Assembly: GCF_006345805.1 (NCBI RefSeq) | Contig: NC_043009.1 | Span: forward strand, 33,294,001 to 33,358,000 | DNA from: Octopus sinensis | Lineage: Eukaryota | Length of the DNA: 64,000 bases | Direction of reading: 5' to 3' | Shown: positions 43,861-58,560 of the stretch, in pieces | How positions within the stretch are numbered: position 1 is the stretch's first letter | How the letters are laid out: each line of letters begins with the position of its first letter | Made by a program: the position numbers and the translations under genes | The notes under the pieces: generated by a model | The model's input: only the letters and a program-made list of their open reading frames with translations | Databases searched by the model: none | Told to the model about the DNA's origin: nothing

Positions 43861-45729
43861 TGTGTGTTTCGCGAAAAGTTGAAAAAAATAATAATAATAT
43901 TGACAAGAAGTGAAACCTCCCTTGGTCATCATTATTATCTTTTTGCTACTGCTGTTACCATTTCCTGCCTATACCAAATACACCACCACCTCCACAATTT
44001 TTTAAAGCAACTTTGCGTATTCTTTCTCTATTTTTCAAATCATCTCAACAACAGAGTGGTTCCAAAATTGGTTAAACCAGTTGGTAACTCATAGCTTGGC
44101 CCGTTCCACTGTCATAGAATGGTGATTCTAATAACGATTAAAACAGTCAGTAATTCAAGATTCTGAGTATTCCACTGTTACAGAATGGGAATTCCAGTGA
44201 AGAACACATCGCTTAACTTTGGCATCTCAGCTAAGATCAAACAGTTTTACTGAGTCGATTAAAACATTTCCACCAATTCCATCTGAACTCCGAATATTTT
44301 TTTTACATATTTGCTGCCGGTTCCATCTTTCTATCTTACCATTGTAACGCAAGGTAGTAGCATCGGTTGGAGACTTTCCTCAATGAACATTCATTAGGTC
44401 GGTGTATCATTTGAAGTGAAATAGTGTCTTAATAGTTTCTGCTAGACACTTCACTATCCAATTAAATCATCAAAACTGTCCAGTGAAGCGGTCACTGAAG
44501 CGACCACAGCAATTAATCAAATGCAAAGTTGATAGATCGGAAAATCTACATTGGCAGACTGAAACAAACTTTTTGTTTTGTTTTGTTTTGTTTTGTGTTT
44601 TTTTGTTTTAATCATGCTTTTGTGAACTATAGCGTCGTTAGTTTGACGCTCTAATCACTGGTTCACTGCATTCAAAAGTTAATTTTACAGATCAACCTTC
44701 TTTATATAGCGTTTGATTTTGTTGAACAAATACTCCGTGCACATCAAACTGTCCGTTAATAATGCATCGTTGCTAATTATGTTATGCATTTCGAATTATA
44801 ATATCAGAAAACAGCAGACAGATATGATAAGATGTTCAATCGTTGTTTAAATGCGCTGTGGCTATCAAAGAGAACCGTGCTCCACAAATGACTGGCCATG
44901 TATCGAGGTCAATGCTTAGAGTCATTTGCTGTCTATTTTATTTATTGTTGAACAAATTAACTACACAACACACAGAACTCATACAAATATGACAGTGACT
45001 TTCCTTTCTGGTTGGAAAAGCTATGGATTCCAACTGTGAACTTCACCATAATAGCATTGTGGCTAACTTACAATAATACACAGGTATAAGGAAACAAGAA
45101 GGCAGAATCACCTGAGCGTTGGGGGGAAATGTTTTGCAATATTTTTTCCTGGTTTCCTTTTTTAAAGTTCTGAGTTCAATCCCGTCAATATCAACTTTGT
45201 TTTTTCATTCTTCCGGGCACTCGATAAATAAAGAACCACTCAAGAACCACTGAGAAACAATAGTAAGGTCCAAAAGCCTTCCCTTATAACTGCTGACCAC
45301 TTTTGATGTTGCTGTTGCTGTTGCTGTTGTGTAGCCCTAGGTTAACCACGCAGGCCAGAGACTAAAGAAAAGAACCATGTCTAATACATGAACAATCCTA
45401 TGTCTTGTAACCAATATAACCGTCGATGGTTAATCAATCACTTTATCGTTAGTGTACCCTGTCCAGTCTGCAATTTACCGACTGATAAACCCAAGTTTAA
45501 CTAAACAGACCTACAACTGGCGATTGGAAGTTGAGACTTTCATTCAGCAATGAATCATAAATAGCTGAATAAGATTAATATAAACGAAGAAGAGGTCATG
45601 TTATGGAACCTCGTAACAGCCATTTCTAAGAGGAGAATTATGTGGATCTCAGTCACTTGCTACGATTAGTATTCCAATTATTTGATCAACTTTGTGTGTG
45701 TCTGTGTATGTGTGCGTGTGCGTGTATGT

Positions 45730-45915
45730 GGTTGAATATTCCACAAACACTTTTGTCCTCAACACTTTGTTTCACAAAACTAGTTATTTGAATGAAAGGT
45801 GGAATCCACACGAAAAGTTTCAGCGATATTTGTCCGAGATGCCACGCAATAGAATTGAACCCAAAGCCTCGTCTTTGCGAACCTATCTTCTTAACCACTT
45901 CACAGTATCTGCACT
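45730..45915 (-). mobile_element. Decayed tRNA-derived SINE head
   Basis: GCCACGCAATAGAATTGAACCCA...TCTTAACCAC (reverse A/B boxes). Confidence 0.6.
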
Positions 45916-46199
45916 CCAAATAGCAACCAAATTTTCTTTCAACGATACATATTATCATAATTCATGTCCTCATCATCGTCATCATCATCATCGTCATATT
46001 CATCATCATCGTCGTCATCATCACCATGGTCTTCGTTATTGTCGTCGTCGTCGTCGTCATCATCATCATCATCATCACCATCATCACCGCTGTCATTATC
46101 CTGTTGTTACAAGAGATTCCCCCCCCACTCACGCTTCCTACCACCTCACCCGCCTGGAAATACAAATTTAAAAATGTAATTTATTCTACATACTTTTCT

Positions 46200-46296
46200 G
46201 AATCTACCGTGTAAATAATATATGTGTGTCAGCGTATGTGCGTGCTTGTGTGTGTGTGTCTGTGAGTGTGAGTACGTGTGCATGACTGTATATATG

Positions 46297-46373
<77 letters not shown>

Positions 46374-46447
46374 GTATGTGTGTGTGAGTATGTGTGTGTG
46401 AGTATGTGTGTGTGAGTCTGTGTGAGTGCGTGTGCATGACTGTATAT

Positions 46448-46479
<32 letters not shown>

Positions 46480-47236
46480 ATATATATATATATGTGCGTG
46501 TATATACACACAAACATTTATATTTATATATACACACACAAACATATATTATATATACATACATATATATAAACATGTATATAAATTTATATATATACAC
46601 ACACATATATATATATATATATATTCATGTGTATATACATACACAGAAACATATATCTGTGTGTGTGTGCGCGCGTGTGTACGCGCGTGTGTGTGTGTGT
46701 GCGCGCGCACGCGCCTGTATCTATATGTTTTATATATATGTATGTACTGGAAGCGTTTCCTACTGAGAAATCAGTCGATTGTTTGGTCTTGTGAAATATT
46801 TCAATAGACGAGGAAGAAAATAAAATTTCAAAAATGTAGTTTTGTGTCGAACTAGAAAACTTGTTCAACTTAAATAAATTGTCTCCGCAGTTGCTTTAAA
46901 CTAAATCACTTTTGTTTCTTGTTTAAGGGGCAAAAAAATATCAACAACGCCATTTTCAATTATTGTTTAATCTCGGTTGGAATATGTCTGCGATCATTTT
47001 TACTCGACTTTAATCTCCCCACTCGTCAGAAGAAATGATACATATATAGATATATATATATATATATATCTATGAGCGTTGTTCGTGTGTGTGTGTGTGT
47101 GTGTGTGTGAATGTCTAGCGAGTTATTGAGTATGCAAAGTACTTGCCTGTATATAAAACTATATATTTATGTATATCAATATGAATATATATACACACAC
47201 ATACAAACGCATATATAAATACTCATATATATTCAT

Positions 47237-47301
<65 letters not shown>

Positions 47302-47597
47302 TCACACAGACTCACAATTATAGATAAATAGTCAAATAAATATGTATGCATATATATATGTGTGTATGTATGTATACATATATGCATGTATGTAAATATA
47401 TATGTGTGTATATATATATGAATGTATATATATGCATGTGAGTATGTATATCTGTATATATATATATAATATATATATCTGTATACATAGATACATACAT
47501 ACACACACACACACATATATATAATATATATATCTGTATATATATATGTATATATATATATGTATATCTATATATATATATATATAATATATGTATG

Positions 47598-47630
<33 letters not shown>

Positions 47631-47650
47631 TATATATGTATATCTGTATA
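46200..47650. repeat. (TA)n/(TG)n/(CA)n compound microsatellite cluster
   Basis: Direct reading. Confidence 0.88.
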
Positions 47651-48269
47651 TGTGTATGATTTCATATGCATCATATACTACGCACACGCCATATACATTG
47701 CATACTAAATAATTCAGCAGGCATTCTGCTGCTGCTGCTTGTTTTGGTTGATCGCATCAGAATATTTGATTGTTATTAAAACAACTTGATTCAGTTCATC
47801 GATTTGTAGTTGCTACTGTTGTTATTATTGTGGTTATATGTTTTTATCAGCATCAGCATCATCATCATCATCATCAGCTTTAATATTATTATTATTATTA
47901 TGATTATTATTACCATCATCATCATCATTTGCTTCTAGCTTTACCTATTCTAATTGTCGTCGACATTTCGCTGTTTCGCAAACACACGTGCGCGCGGTCA
48001 CATACACACACACACACACACACACACAGGTGCGACTGTGCCAAACCAGAGGTTGACCATGCTAGCCTGAGCCATGAGAGCAACCAAATTTCAACTATTT
48101 GATCCTGTTTATTGGGAATACAATGAGCGTCACGTGGTCTGTCATTTTATACATCTGCCGCTTTGTCCTCCAAAAACTCCTGTTTTTAACTCTCCTGTCA
48201 AAAGGTACAACCACAAATACGTCTGACAAGGAATCACGTCCCAAATATTATGCAATAATTTCTATTTGC

Positions 48270-48465
48270 TCCTGTTTCAATATTACTTTCAAATTTTGGC
48301 ACAAGGCCAGCAATTTCGGGATAGCGAGTAAATCGATACCATCGGCCCCAGCATCCAAACGGTTCTTGTTTCATCGAGACCCGGAAAGTGATGACAGTCA
48401 AAATCGACTTCGGCGGAATTCTGGGCTCAGAACTTGAAGCATTTCGCCCAGCGTGCTCACGATCC
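48270..48465 (-). mobile_element. SINE family A, decayed
   Basis: TTTTGGCACAAGGCCAGCAATTT...TCGACTTCGGCGGAATT...CTCAGAAC...CGTGCTCACGAT. Confidence 0.7.
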
Positions 48466-48689
48466 TGTCATCATAGTGTAGAATTCATATTATATGAATT
48501 CCACATTATATTGTAATCAGTAAGACTGGAACTTCCGGTCTAACTACCTCCCTTCCTGACACCATTCTTGAAGAGTCGACAAAATAATCACACTCTCGTT
48601 CTGCCTTAATTTCTCAATTTATCGATCAGATGTGACAACCAAAATCACATGCTCGACTCCACTGAACCGCCCTCACAAGAATCTTGTTC

Positions 48690-49160
48690 CTCTCACTCTC
48701 TCTCTCTCTCTCTCACACACACATACATACACACACACACACTCACACTCACACTATCACATTCTCTCACTCTCTCTCCCACTCCCTCTCTCTCACACTC
48801 ACATAGTCTCTCTCTCACTCTCTCTCTTACTCACACACTATCCCTCTCTCTCTCACACACACACACATATACACACACACTCTCACACACACTCTCTTAC
48901 ACTCCCTGTTTCACTCACTCTTTCTCTCATGCACACACACTCTCTCTCTCACTCTTTCTCTCTAACTCTCTCTCTCTCTCTCTCAATCACACACATTCTC
49001 TTGCCCACTCTCACTCTCACTCTCTCCCGCACACACTCACATACTCTCTCTCTCACTCACACACTATCCCTCTCTCTCAATCACACACTCTCTCTCGCTC
49101 ACTCTCACTCTCACTCTCTCTCTCTCTCTCTCTCTATCTATCTCTATCTATCTATCTCAC
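48690..49160. repeat. (CT)n/(CA)n compound low-complexity tract
   Basis: Direct reading; source of the 203-aa and 218-aa ORFs. Confidence 0.93.
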
Positions 49161-50769
49161 TTCACTTTCACCCATGTGTTTCAGTATTCTTGCCAAAGCA
49201 AGCAATAAATTCGAACTCACTACCCAGCAATTCCATGATTTAAACCATATAACTTCCTGGATGCTTCTCTGCAAAATAAATACCATTCATTGCCAAAAGT
49301 CATGACTGTTGATTGAAAAAATCGACTCCACCAAATTACTGGTAGTTATTTTATTGACACCGTAGAGAGGGAAAAACCAAATGAAACCCAGTCAATGTTG
49401 AATTTAGAATATAAATCGATAAAATTAAATTCTATAGAACATTCTCTCCAGCACTTTACCATTCCTTCCTCCACCTCCAACACCTTGTTAAAAAGATTAA
49501 AACCATACCGAATATTTAATACATTTTTCTTCACCTTCATAGAAAAACACGGTTAAAGAAATTGGCAAAATAGAGCATATAAAGGATTGAGATTTGTGTC
49601 CGATATTTTTGGCCAATGCACAATAATAGTGAGAAACAAGTTATTTATATCCAACATAGATGTATAAAATAATCATTGATAGTTTAAAAGACTTCAGATT
49701 TATTGGTGTGTATGCTTGCAGGAAATTACAAATTTGCTTAGCAGTGCTAGCCTCATTAAAACTATCTGAAATCACTTTCTCTATCAGAAGAAATCTGCTA
49801 TTTTACATGGTTGTAATGTTAAATCTATTTATATGCTCCGAGCTATCAATTTATTTAAGAAAGCGATGGCGATGGTGGTAGTGATGGTAGTGATGGTGGT
49901 GGCGGCAGTGGTAGTGATGGTGGTGGTGTGGTGGTGGTGGTGGTGGTGGTGGTGGTGGTGGTGGTGGTGGTGGGTGGTGGTGGTGGTGATGGTGATGGGG
50001 GAAGAATATTGAATTTATTCTCGTAGTGAAAGAAAATTAATTTTATTTATTTAATAAGGAATAAATTCTGGATCAATAAATCTCAGAGCTGCCATTTAAT
50101 TTGTCAATTGTAAGCTACATGATCAATATTGCAATATTTACAATGGCTGTCTAGTCTCTGATACAACCAACAATAGACGCTGTCTATGCTAATCTAAACA
50201 TTGTACCAAAGCTGAAATTTCATTTCTCTCTTTTACAGAGATCTTGTTTAAAAAGAACTGAAGACGAAGGTTACACAATGAATCAACATTTAAACTACTC
50301 GAGTCTATACTTGTCCGTACAAGGAGCAAAACTTCAAACTAAAGACGTTACATAAGAGCTGATATCTTCTTCGCGATACGAGAGGTTGACGTGAGAGGGA
50401 CTTAAATTATGCGTTCTATTTACTCAATGACATCGGTACTCAAATTAGTACAAACTCAATGAAGTATTTACTCTACGCTGTACTGCCATCATTCTTATTC
50501 GATTATCTCAGTCATTACACAACGACCAAGCTGGAGCCGCAATTTTAAAAATTTTGTTTCATTATATCGTATGGGTTCCGTAGTGACTATGTGATCATTT
50601 CATCCATTCCTGTGATACGAAATGACAAGTGAACATCTGCAGAATTCCAGGCAGACTAAATACGGCAAGGCATTTCTATGAATGTACCATCCCCAGCTGA
50701 TGCACGCATACATGCACACATATAAATATATGTATGTGAATTTGTGTGTGTGCGCACGTGTGTGTGTGC

Positions 50770-50810
<41 letters not shown>

Positions 50811-51124
50811 ATCACTACTACCACCTGCAACAAGTCACTTTCAGGACACTTGACCATTTAACATCCTACTACTATCAAAATACTCCCGTATTATTTTTTC
50901 TTCTTCTTCTTCTTCTTCTTCTTCTTCTTCTTCTTCTTCTTCTTCTTCTTCTTCTTCTCTCCCAAGAATTCACAACGACCTCGAACCCACAAGAGTAACG
51001 AAGAGAAACAGAGAAAGGCAGAAACAAGGAAAATGCCCCTTGTATGTGAATACTATGCAAATATTCTTTTAAAATACTTTTTATTTAATTTATCCAAAAT
51101 TTAATTGTTTTCCATACTTACAGT

Positions 51125-51305
51125 TGAAACAGTCCCCTTCTCATTTCTGATATTAGAGACGATGCCTCACTTCCATAGGTTAACACAGGGTAGACATAGC
51201 AGTACAATATATGGATCTTAGTTTTCATGCTCAGGGTACGGTTCCTCAAGAAGTTATACAATTTTTGCGAGTGCAGATTTTTCCAGCTCTGTCCGTCTTT
51301 TGGCC
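51125..51305 (-). mobile_element. RTE-clade LINE fragment
   Basis: LRNRTLSMKTKIHILYCYVYPVLTYGSEASSLISEMRR matches the RTE K.R.....V.PVL.YG.E.W motif. Confidence 0.75.
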
Positions 51306-51344
51306 AAGTATTAATATAAAGATAATAATAAACAAGATTAGTCG

Positions 51345-51460
51345 ATAGAACTGTTATAGTTTCAGACAAACCACGTTCTGAGTTCAAACACTGCTGAGGT
51401 TACTCTTGGTTTTATCATAACGAAATCAATGAATTAAAGTACCAGTAATCTATGGGGAAC
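51345..51460 (+). mobile_element. SINE family A fragment
   Basis: ACGTTCTGAGTTCAAACACTGCTGAGGT...AAGTACCAGT. Confidence 0.65.
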
Positions 51461-53829
51461 CGACTATTTTCTCTTTTTCTGCCTTTCACACCATTTCAGT
51501 CTTTTTGGTTGTACACACCATTTCAGTCTTTCATTCTCTCTCTAATTTTCTATTTCCACTCGATCTCTTTCTCTCTCTCTCTGTCGCTCTTTCTCTCTCT
51601 CTCTCCCTCTTTCTCTTTCTCTTTCTCTCTCTCTCTCTCTCTCTCAGACACAGACACACTCACTCCCTCAGAAACAGCTGCGTGGCACTATGGAAAGAAT
51701 GTGGAGGGCCAGTTACAAGTAATCCTTTTTTTTTCCAAGACAAACACTTCCATTCTATCGCAGAGGAAGAATATAGTCAGGATGGATTCTGGCAAGAGAA
51801 TGACAAACGATGACGAGAAGTAATAACCAGGAAATTTATAATTTATTTATGATTAAATATATTTAGAGAAGAAGTTCCTTTCTCTCTGAGGAAACAGAAA
51901 ATAAAGTACAAAATGCATCTAATGGATGATTCTGATAAGGTCTTTGAAAATTGGTTGTTGCAAACAATTATGGTTGAATCAATCATACTCTTAAATAAAC
52001 GAAGAATTTGCATCTTCTGGCATCAAACCTCGAAACTTTATTTCGTTTATTTCAATTAGGTTCGCTTAAAATATAGAATCACTGCTTCATTAAATTAGGA
52101 TTGGTACACGCACGTACACGCACGCACACACAAACATAAACATAAATATACATACGTACACATGCTCAAGTACACATTCACACGCGCACATGTACGTGGA
52201 ACATGCGTATCGTATGTGTGTATTTGAGTGAGTGGAGATGCATATATACATGCTTGTTCAATTATCGGTATCAATATATGCGTACTTATGTGTGTGGGTG
52301 TGCACGTATGAGAATATATGTAAATATACATAATATAAATAATATATATATATGCATATATACACACACATATGTACATATATACATATGTATGTATACA
52401 GGTATGCATATATAGGTACTGGACGTCACAAAACGTAAACAACTTGAAATATGAAAATAACGTTGGGTCCACAAAAGCGAGAGAAACGAATAGAAAACAA
52501 GACAAGGAACATAAAAACGACCCTTCATCAGTAATCGGCTGTCCTTCTACTCCTTATTTCGAGCAATGAACGACAAGATAAGACTTTGAAAACAGTTGCT
52601 CCCACGAACCAAAATGAAATTTAGGACTTGCGGAGGGTCAAAGTTGGTAACAAAAACAGGGCACACAACAGACCAAACCCAGCCAATACAAACAGGGAGG
52701 GATGTTAGGCTCAGACGAAGTAAGGTAGCGAACGTTGGAAGAAGATTCTTTATTAAGAGAAAAGATAGGTGAGACAGATAGGAATGCGTCTGGACTGCAC
52801 AACAGACTGAAGGAAAAGAAAGATAATAACGTAAGGAAAGGAAAGATGGACGATGGTTACGTTTGCCCTCTCTATTTCCCTTTCGTTTTCTCTAATCCTT
52901 TCTCTAATTCTTTTTTCTCTCCTTCACCGTTTTCTATCTGTCTATCTGTCTCTCTCTCTCTCTCCATCTTCCTCCTTTATTCTCTCTCGTTGTTCACGTG
53001 ACCATCGTCCATCTTTCCTAGTACGTATTTATATGTATTTATGCTATCATTGTGCTAAGGATATGTGGATATAAACAGATAGATATTGATATAAATATAT
53101 ATATATATACATTCATACTTATAAATAGATCCATATACATACACACACACATATATATATGTACATGCATATGTGTGTATATGTATGCATCTTTATATAT
53201 ATGTATGTGTCTATATACGTATATGCATATGTATGTTGTATATGTATTCATGCTATCATTGTGCTATGTTACCGTTATTGATGCCATTGTTAATTTCGCA
53301 ATTTGTGTGGTAGAATTCTAGAGTATCAACGCATTATCCATTTCTTCTCATTTCTCTTATTTTGTTTCGTGTTGTATGATTAGAACATTGCAGTTACTCC
53401 ATAATGTAAGCGCATGGTCCGACATATAGACCAACTTGTGTGTGTGTTCGTGTGTGTGTTGTGTATGTGTGGTGTGTGTGTGTGTGTGTGTCACTGTGTG
53501 CGTGTGTGTGTGTGTGCGTGCCTGTGCGGGCGTGTGTGTACATTGTTTAGTTATGCCGGATCAGCGATGTCTAACTAAACTTTTTTTCTTTGACATGCTG
53601 GAGCTGTTCCCTTCGAAAGCATCGAAACTATTTATACTTGTCTCAAGAAGCGGCCGCATACCATGGAAATTCCAGAGTAACTGGACGCTGGATTAGTTTA
53701 AATAAACTATGGTGCTCTATGATTGTATTGAGCACTCCTGGATCAGATATGTGAGACAGGTAGTGTGTGTGTCTGTGTCTGTGTCTGTGTGTGCTTTACA
53801 GAAATGGGAATATAATAGGCATGTGATGA

Positions 53830-53844
53830 ATGCATACACCATAC

Positions 53845-53926
<82 letters not shown>

Positions 53927-53932
53927 GATATA

Positions 53933-53995
<63 letters not shown>

Positions 53996-54136
53996 CACAC
54001 AATCACACATATGTACATATATACGTATGCGTGCATATTTATATAAACTTATATGCAGATGATTGTATGTACGTATGAGTGTGTATGCACGCGCAAGCGT
54101 CTGTGTGTGTGTGTGTGTGGTGTGTGTGTGTGTGTG

Positions 54137-54186
<50 letters not shown>

Positions 54187-54190
54187 CAAG
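53830..54190. repeat. (TA)n and (TG)n microsatellites
   Basis: Direct reading. Confidence 0.92.
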
Positions 54191-54717
54191 AATCCTTACT
54201 GTTCGTGTCTTCCAAACATCCGACACGGAAGCACTGGGCAACAGACAGTCTATTGCAGAAAACCGTTTCCCAAGACAGAGGTATAGAGAATGGCACCACT
54301 TGGTTGGGAAGCGATGTCCCCAACCCACCCAACCGACAGGGCAACACACAGTGACTACGTGTGTATTCTTATTATTCACACATGTTTATATCAATGTTTG
54401 TTATTCAGTCCGTTTGTTACAGATATCCCATATGACACTTACATATCTGTCTGTAGAATGAGAATTTAATTCAAACTTGAATAATCAGATGAATAATTAT
54501 TGGTCAAATCAGAATGGTAGGTTTTTGACAAGAATTCAATTTCGAACCCAAAATAGCATTTCAACTGAATTTATGTCATACAAGGAGATAAAATCCACCC
54601 ATCCATGCCTATACATATCGTCATACTTAGCATAGATACACACACACACACATATATATATATATAAATATATACTCAATCATACAAAATCCCTTGATAT
54701 ATATATTATATATTATA

Positions 54718-54749
<32 letters not shown>

Positions 54750-54772
54750 ATATTATATATATATAATATATA

Positions 54773-54804
<32 letters not shown>

Positions 54805-54807
<3 letters not shown>

Positions 54808-54965
54808 CGACGGCCTTCTTTGAGTTGCAGTCTAACAAATCCACTCTAGAGGTTTTGGTCAGCTTCAGGCTGCAGTGGAATACATTTGCCCAGAGTGCCA
54901 CGCAGTGGATTGAACCTGGAAGTATGTGATTGGGAAGGAAACATCTTACCACAAAGCCATAACTG
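54805..54965 (-). mobile_element. SINE family C head
   Basis: CAAATCCACTC..AGAGTGCCACGCAGTGGATTGAACCTGGAA..TCTTACCAC; homologous to 59975-60120 and 61310-61465. Confidence 0.75.
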
Positions 54966-54984
54966 CGCTTATATATGTATATGC

Positions 54985-55215
54985 GTTTCTTTACTACCCA
55001 CAAGGGGCTAAACATAGAGGGGACAAACAAGGATAGACACACGGATTAAGTCGATTACATCGACCCCAGTGCGTAATTGGTACTTAATTTATCGACCCCG
55101 AAAGGATGAAAGGCAAAGTCGACCTCGGCGGAATTTAAACTCAGAACGTAGCGACGGGCGAAATACCGCGAAGTACTTCGCCCGGCGTGCTAACGTCTCT
55201 GCCAGTTCGCCGCCT
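54985..55215 (-). mobile_element. SINE family A copy
   Basis: Near reverse complement of the head plus one 184-bp unit at 34730-34960. Confidence 0.92.
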
Positions 55216-55729
55216 GTAATATGTATATGTGTGTATGTGTGTGTGTGTGCGTGTATGTGTTTATCAGCTAATCACTTTTGCCTCAGAGAAACGGCTGACC
55301 CCTTAGATGAAGGGCTCCGTCTCACAAACTTCGACTACTACTTTTACTATTACTATTACACACACACACACACTCGTACCATATAGTGAGTGTTATCTCA
55401 TCGGCTTTCTCTTTATTTCTAATTCAATTGTTCCACCATCACCACCACCACCACCATCCCAGTTCTACGCCTAGCCTCACCCCCTCCCCACCCCACCCAC
55501 CCCCCATTCCACCTCAACTCTATTTAGAATCAGGGTTTTCTAGGAAATTAAATGTAAGCAAAGAGAAATTTTGGCAGCGGTTCTTCCATCAGACTGATTT
55601 TACTGTAAGTTAGGTTCGCTGCCAAATATTTAAATTAGAATTCAAAATTTACAAGAGAAATTTGAAACTCAGTTTATTCAGACACAAACATGTACACATA
55701 AACATTCTCTATCATTATCTGTGTATACG

Positions 55730-55786
<57 letters not shown>

Positions 55787-56237
55787 GTATGTGTGTGTGT
55801 GTGTGAGTGTGTGTGCGTGCGTGTCTTAGCATAGCTTTATCATAAATGCACATCTATGTGTGTATATATATATATATAGAGAGAGAGAGAGATGTACATA
55901 CTTCTACATTTGTATATGTGTTTATCTTATGAATATTCTAAGCAAATTTTTGAGAAATGTTTTATCAAAATGTTCAGTTGTCGTCGTCGTCATCATCACC
56001 ATCATCCCACCACCTCCACCTCCACCACCATCACCATAATCATCATCATTGTCATCATCATCGACCACACCCACGACTACCCTCAGTGTTATCACTTTCA
56101 CATTCACCCGCTTCTGGAATATACTGTGACTGAATAAAAGGAGGGGTGGTCACAAATGGGACATCATTGATTTTAAGGTTACTTCTTTGTATCAGTCCTG
56201 GAGCTCGACAACAGCAACGCTACCACTGAACTTACAT

Positions 56238-56302
<65 letters not shown>

Positions 56303-56319
56303 TATATACTCTATTAGTT

Positions 56320-57720
56320 TCAGCTCAAAGCCGTAGCTATGCGCTACGCTGTTATTATTGAGAGCCTCCTCTACTATGTGGCATTTGGTGAATAAGGGAG
56401 TTTGATGTCGCAACCCTCATTTGCACCTCTTGCCGCGAGGTAGGTTCATCTGGGACTTTCGACAGAAAGAGATCCAGTTTTGATTTGAAAACACCTACAT
56501 CCACTTTGTGTAGGTCCCTCAGGCTCTTTGGGTGAATATTAAAAAGCTGTGAGTCCCTGAAACACAGGTTGTTGCAATAACTGGTCCTGAAGCGCGATGG
56601 CATTGCTGGGATCTTTGGCACTCTGCAGTATCGACCAGTTCTGGCATTGGTGTAGGTTTCAATGTTAACATTTGGCACAATCCCTTCCAGAATTTTTCAG
56701 ATGCATATTACTGCATATCTCTCCCACCTTCACTCCAGGGAGTACATTCTTAGCTGTTTCAGCCTTTTCCAGTAGCTGAGCTGTTGCAATGAGATGATCT
56801 TTGTGAAGCTTTGCTGGATTGCGTCAAGGTCCGCTGTTAATTTTACACTGTTGTGGGGTAACCATACCTGGGAGCAATAATCCTGGCGACTGAGGACCAT
56901 CATGAATTCCTTTTCTCTAATTTTGAACGTTCTCAGGATCCAGCCAGCCAGTCGTCTGCACTTTGTCGCCATCCTGGCAATGTGCACTTGGAAAAAGGTC
57001 ATCATCACTCATATCGATACCCAGGTCCCGCACTGATTTAGGCTCTGGGATTGCAATCCCCTGTGGGCCAGTGTACCCTGTAAATTATATATTTAGTGTT
57101 GGGCGCTGGTAGCGCAGAGCTTGGAATTTTCCAGCATGAAACTGCAAATTATTTACCTCAGACCAACTGTAAATAGAGTCCAACTCTTGTTGCAAGTGTG
57201 CAACGTCGCTGCGGTTCTGTATATTCTGCGAGACTTTCGTATCGACTTCGTAGCTAGCAATGGAGGCTATCCTGGTAGCTGAAGGCATATCTGCGAGGGC
57301 CGCTATGAAAAGCAGTGGTCCCAAGACAATGCCTTATGGAACACCACTCACTATTTGTATTTTCTTTGGGGTGGCTCCGTTAGCCACTACTGCCTGACTT
57401 CTATCTTTCAGAAAGTCATGTAACCATTCTCCAAGTTTTCCAGTTATGCCGAGATCACGCAATTTGTGGCATATCATACCATGATCCACATTATCAAGTG
57501 CTTTTGCAAAGTCAAGGTATATTTCGTCCACATTTAAGTTGTCGAGTAACTACCTCAACACCCAATGATGGTGCTGTAAGAGCTGGGTTAGGCAGATCCT
57601 ACCTGGTCGAAAACCGTGGCAGGTATCACTCAGCAAGTCGTTTTCTTCAAGGAATGCGATTAGTTTCCATCTGACTATCCGTTCAGTGGCTTTTCTCATG
57701 TATGAAGCTAGCATTTGCTC
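56320..57720 (-). mobile_element. CR1-like LINE, 5'-truncated RT plus 3' end, decayed
   Basis: IYLDFAKALDNVDHGMICHKLRDLGITGKLGEWLHDFLKDRSQAVV..SGVP*GIVLGPLLFI..SYEVDTKV (decayed YADD)..SRQDYCSQVW..LSYWKRLKQLRMYSLE..LFNIHPKSLR..FKSKLDLFLSKVPDEP. Confidence 0.92.
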
Positions 57721-57826
57721 TGGAAGAGAGTCTGTAGTGGTTTCGCCAGAGCACGCTCATATGATTTGAGGAGAATTGCTGGGAAAATATCATATTTATA
57801 TATGCACATAAATACATATATATATA

Positions 57827-57877
<51 letters not shown>

Positions 57878-58346
57878 TGTATATATATATATATATGCAT
57901 TTATACTATACGTGCATACGTGCATACACATAGACATACAAACATGCAGCATGTATACATATGTATATACCTACATATATAACAAAATATAACAAAAGAG
58001 TGGGTGTATTTCCACACAGGAATGATATAGGTAAATTTGTTGTTGAAAGTGCACCTAAATTTGAAAATCTTGTAATTCTTTTTAAATAAACATATTTACA
58101 TATATACCAAACTAGTTTCAACAATATTTTTCGTTTATCAATTGTGAAAATTTAGAATTATGACTCAGAAAATCATGTTTAAAAGTTTCAATGTTGACAA
58201 GCTTAAATGTTCATAACAGTCAATAATATAAAAACAGTTCCTAACAGGAAGATTACAAATACAGTTCTAATATTTAAGGGATGGGGAATTATGTACATTA
58301 TTTACATTTGACGGATATTTGTCGTCATCTTGTTTGTTGATAACAC

Positions 58347-58422
58347 GGACATATGGTGTAGTGGTTAAGAGCGCGAGCTACTAACCCTTAGATTCCGAGT
58401 TCGATTCCTGGCAGTGATGTGA

Positions 58423-58472
<50 letters not shown>

Positions 58473-58560
58473 TAATAACAACAACAACACAACACCTCAA
58501 CAACATCGAAAAATACCTTAGGAATGGGAACCTAGGCTCGAAATTTCTCCAAGATGCCTG
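58347..58560 (+). mobile_element. tRNA-derived SINE (family D) with internal (AAT)n
   Basis: A box TGGTGTAGTGG and B box GTTCGATTC, but no paired acceptor stem; followed by (AAT)n and a unique tail. Confidence 0.7.

Noticed and set aside
44208-44240. ATCGCTT...GCTAAGATCAA resembling the U2 snRNA 5' end
   Set aside because: The spacing differs and similarity stops before the branch-recognition sequence; probably chance.
58347-58420. Possible genuine tRNA gene
   Set aside because: The acceptor stem does not pair, there is no T-run terminator, and it continues into a SINE-like body.
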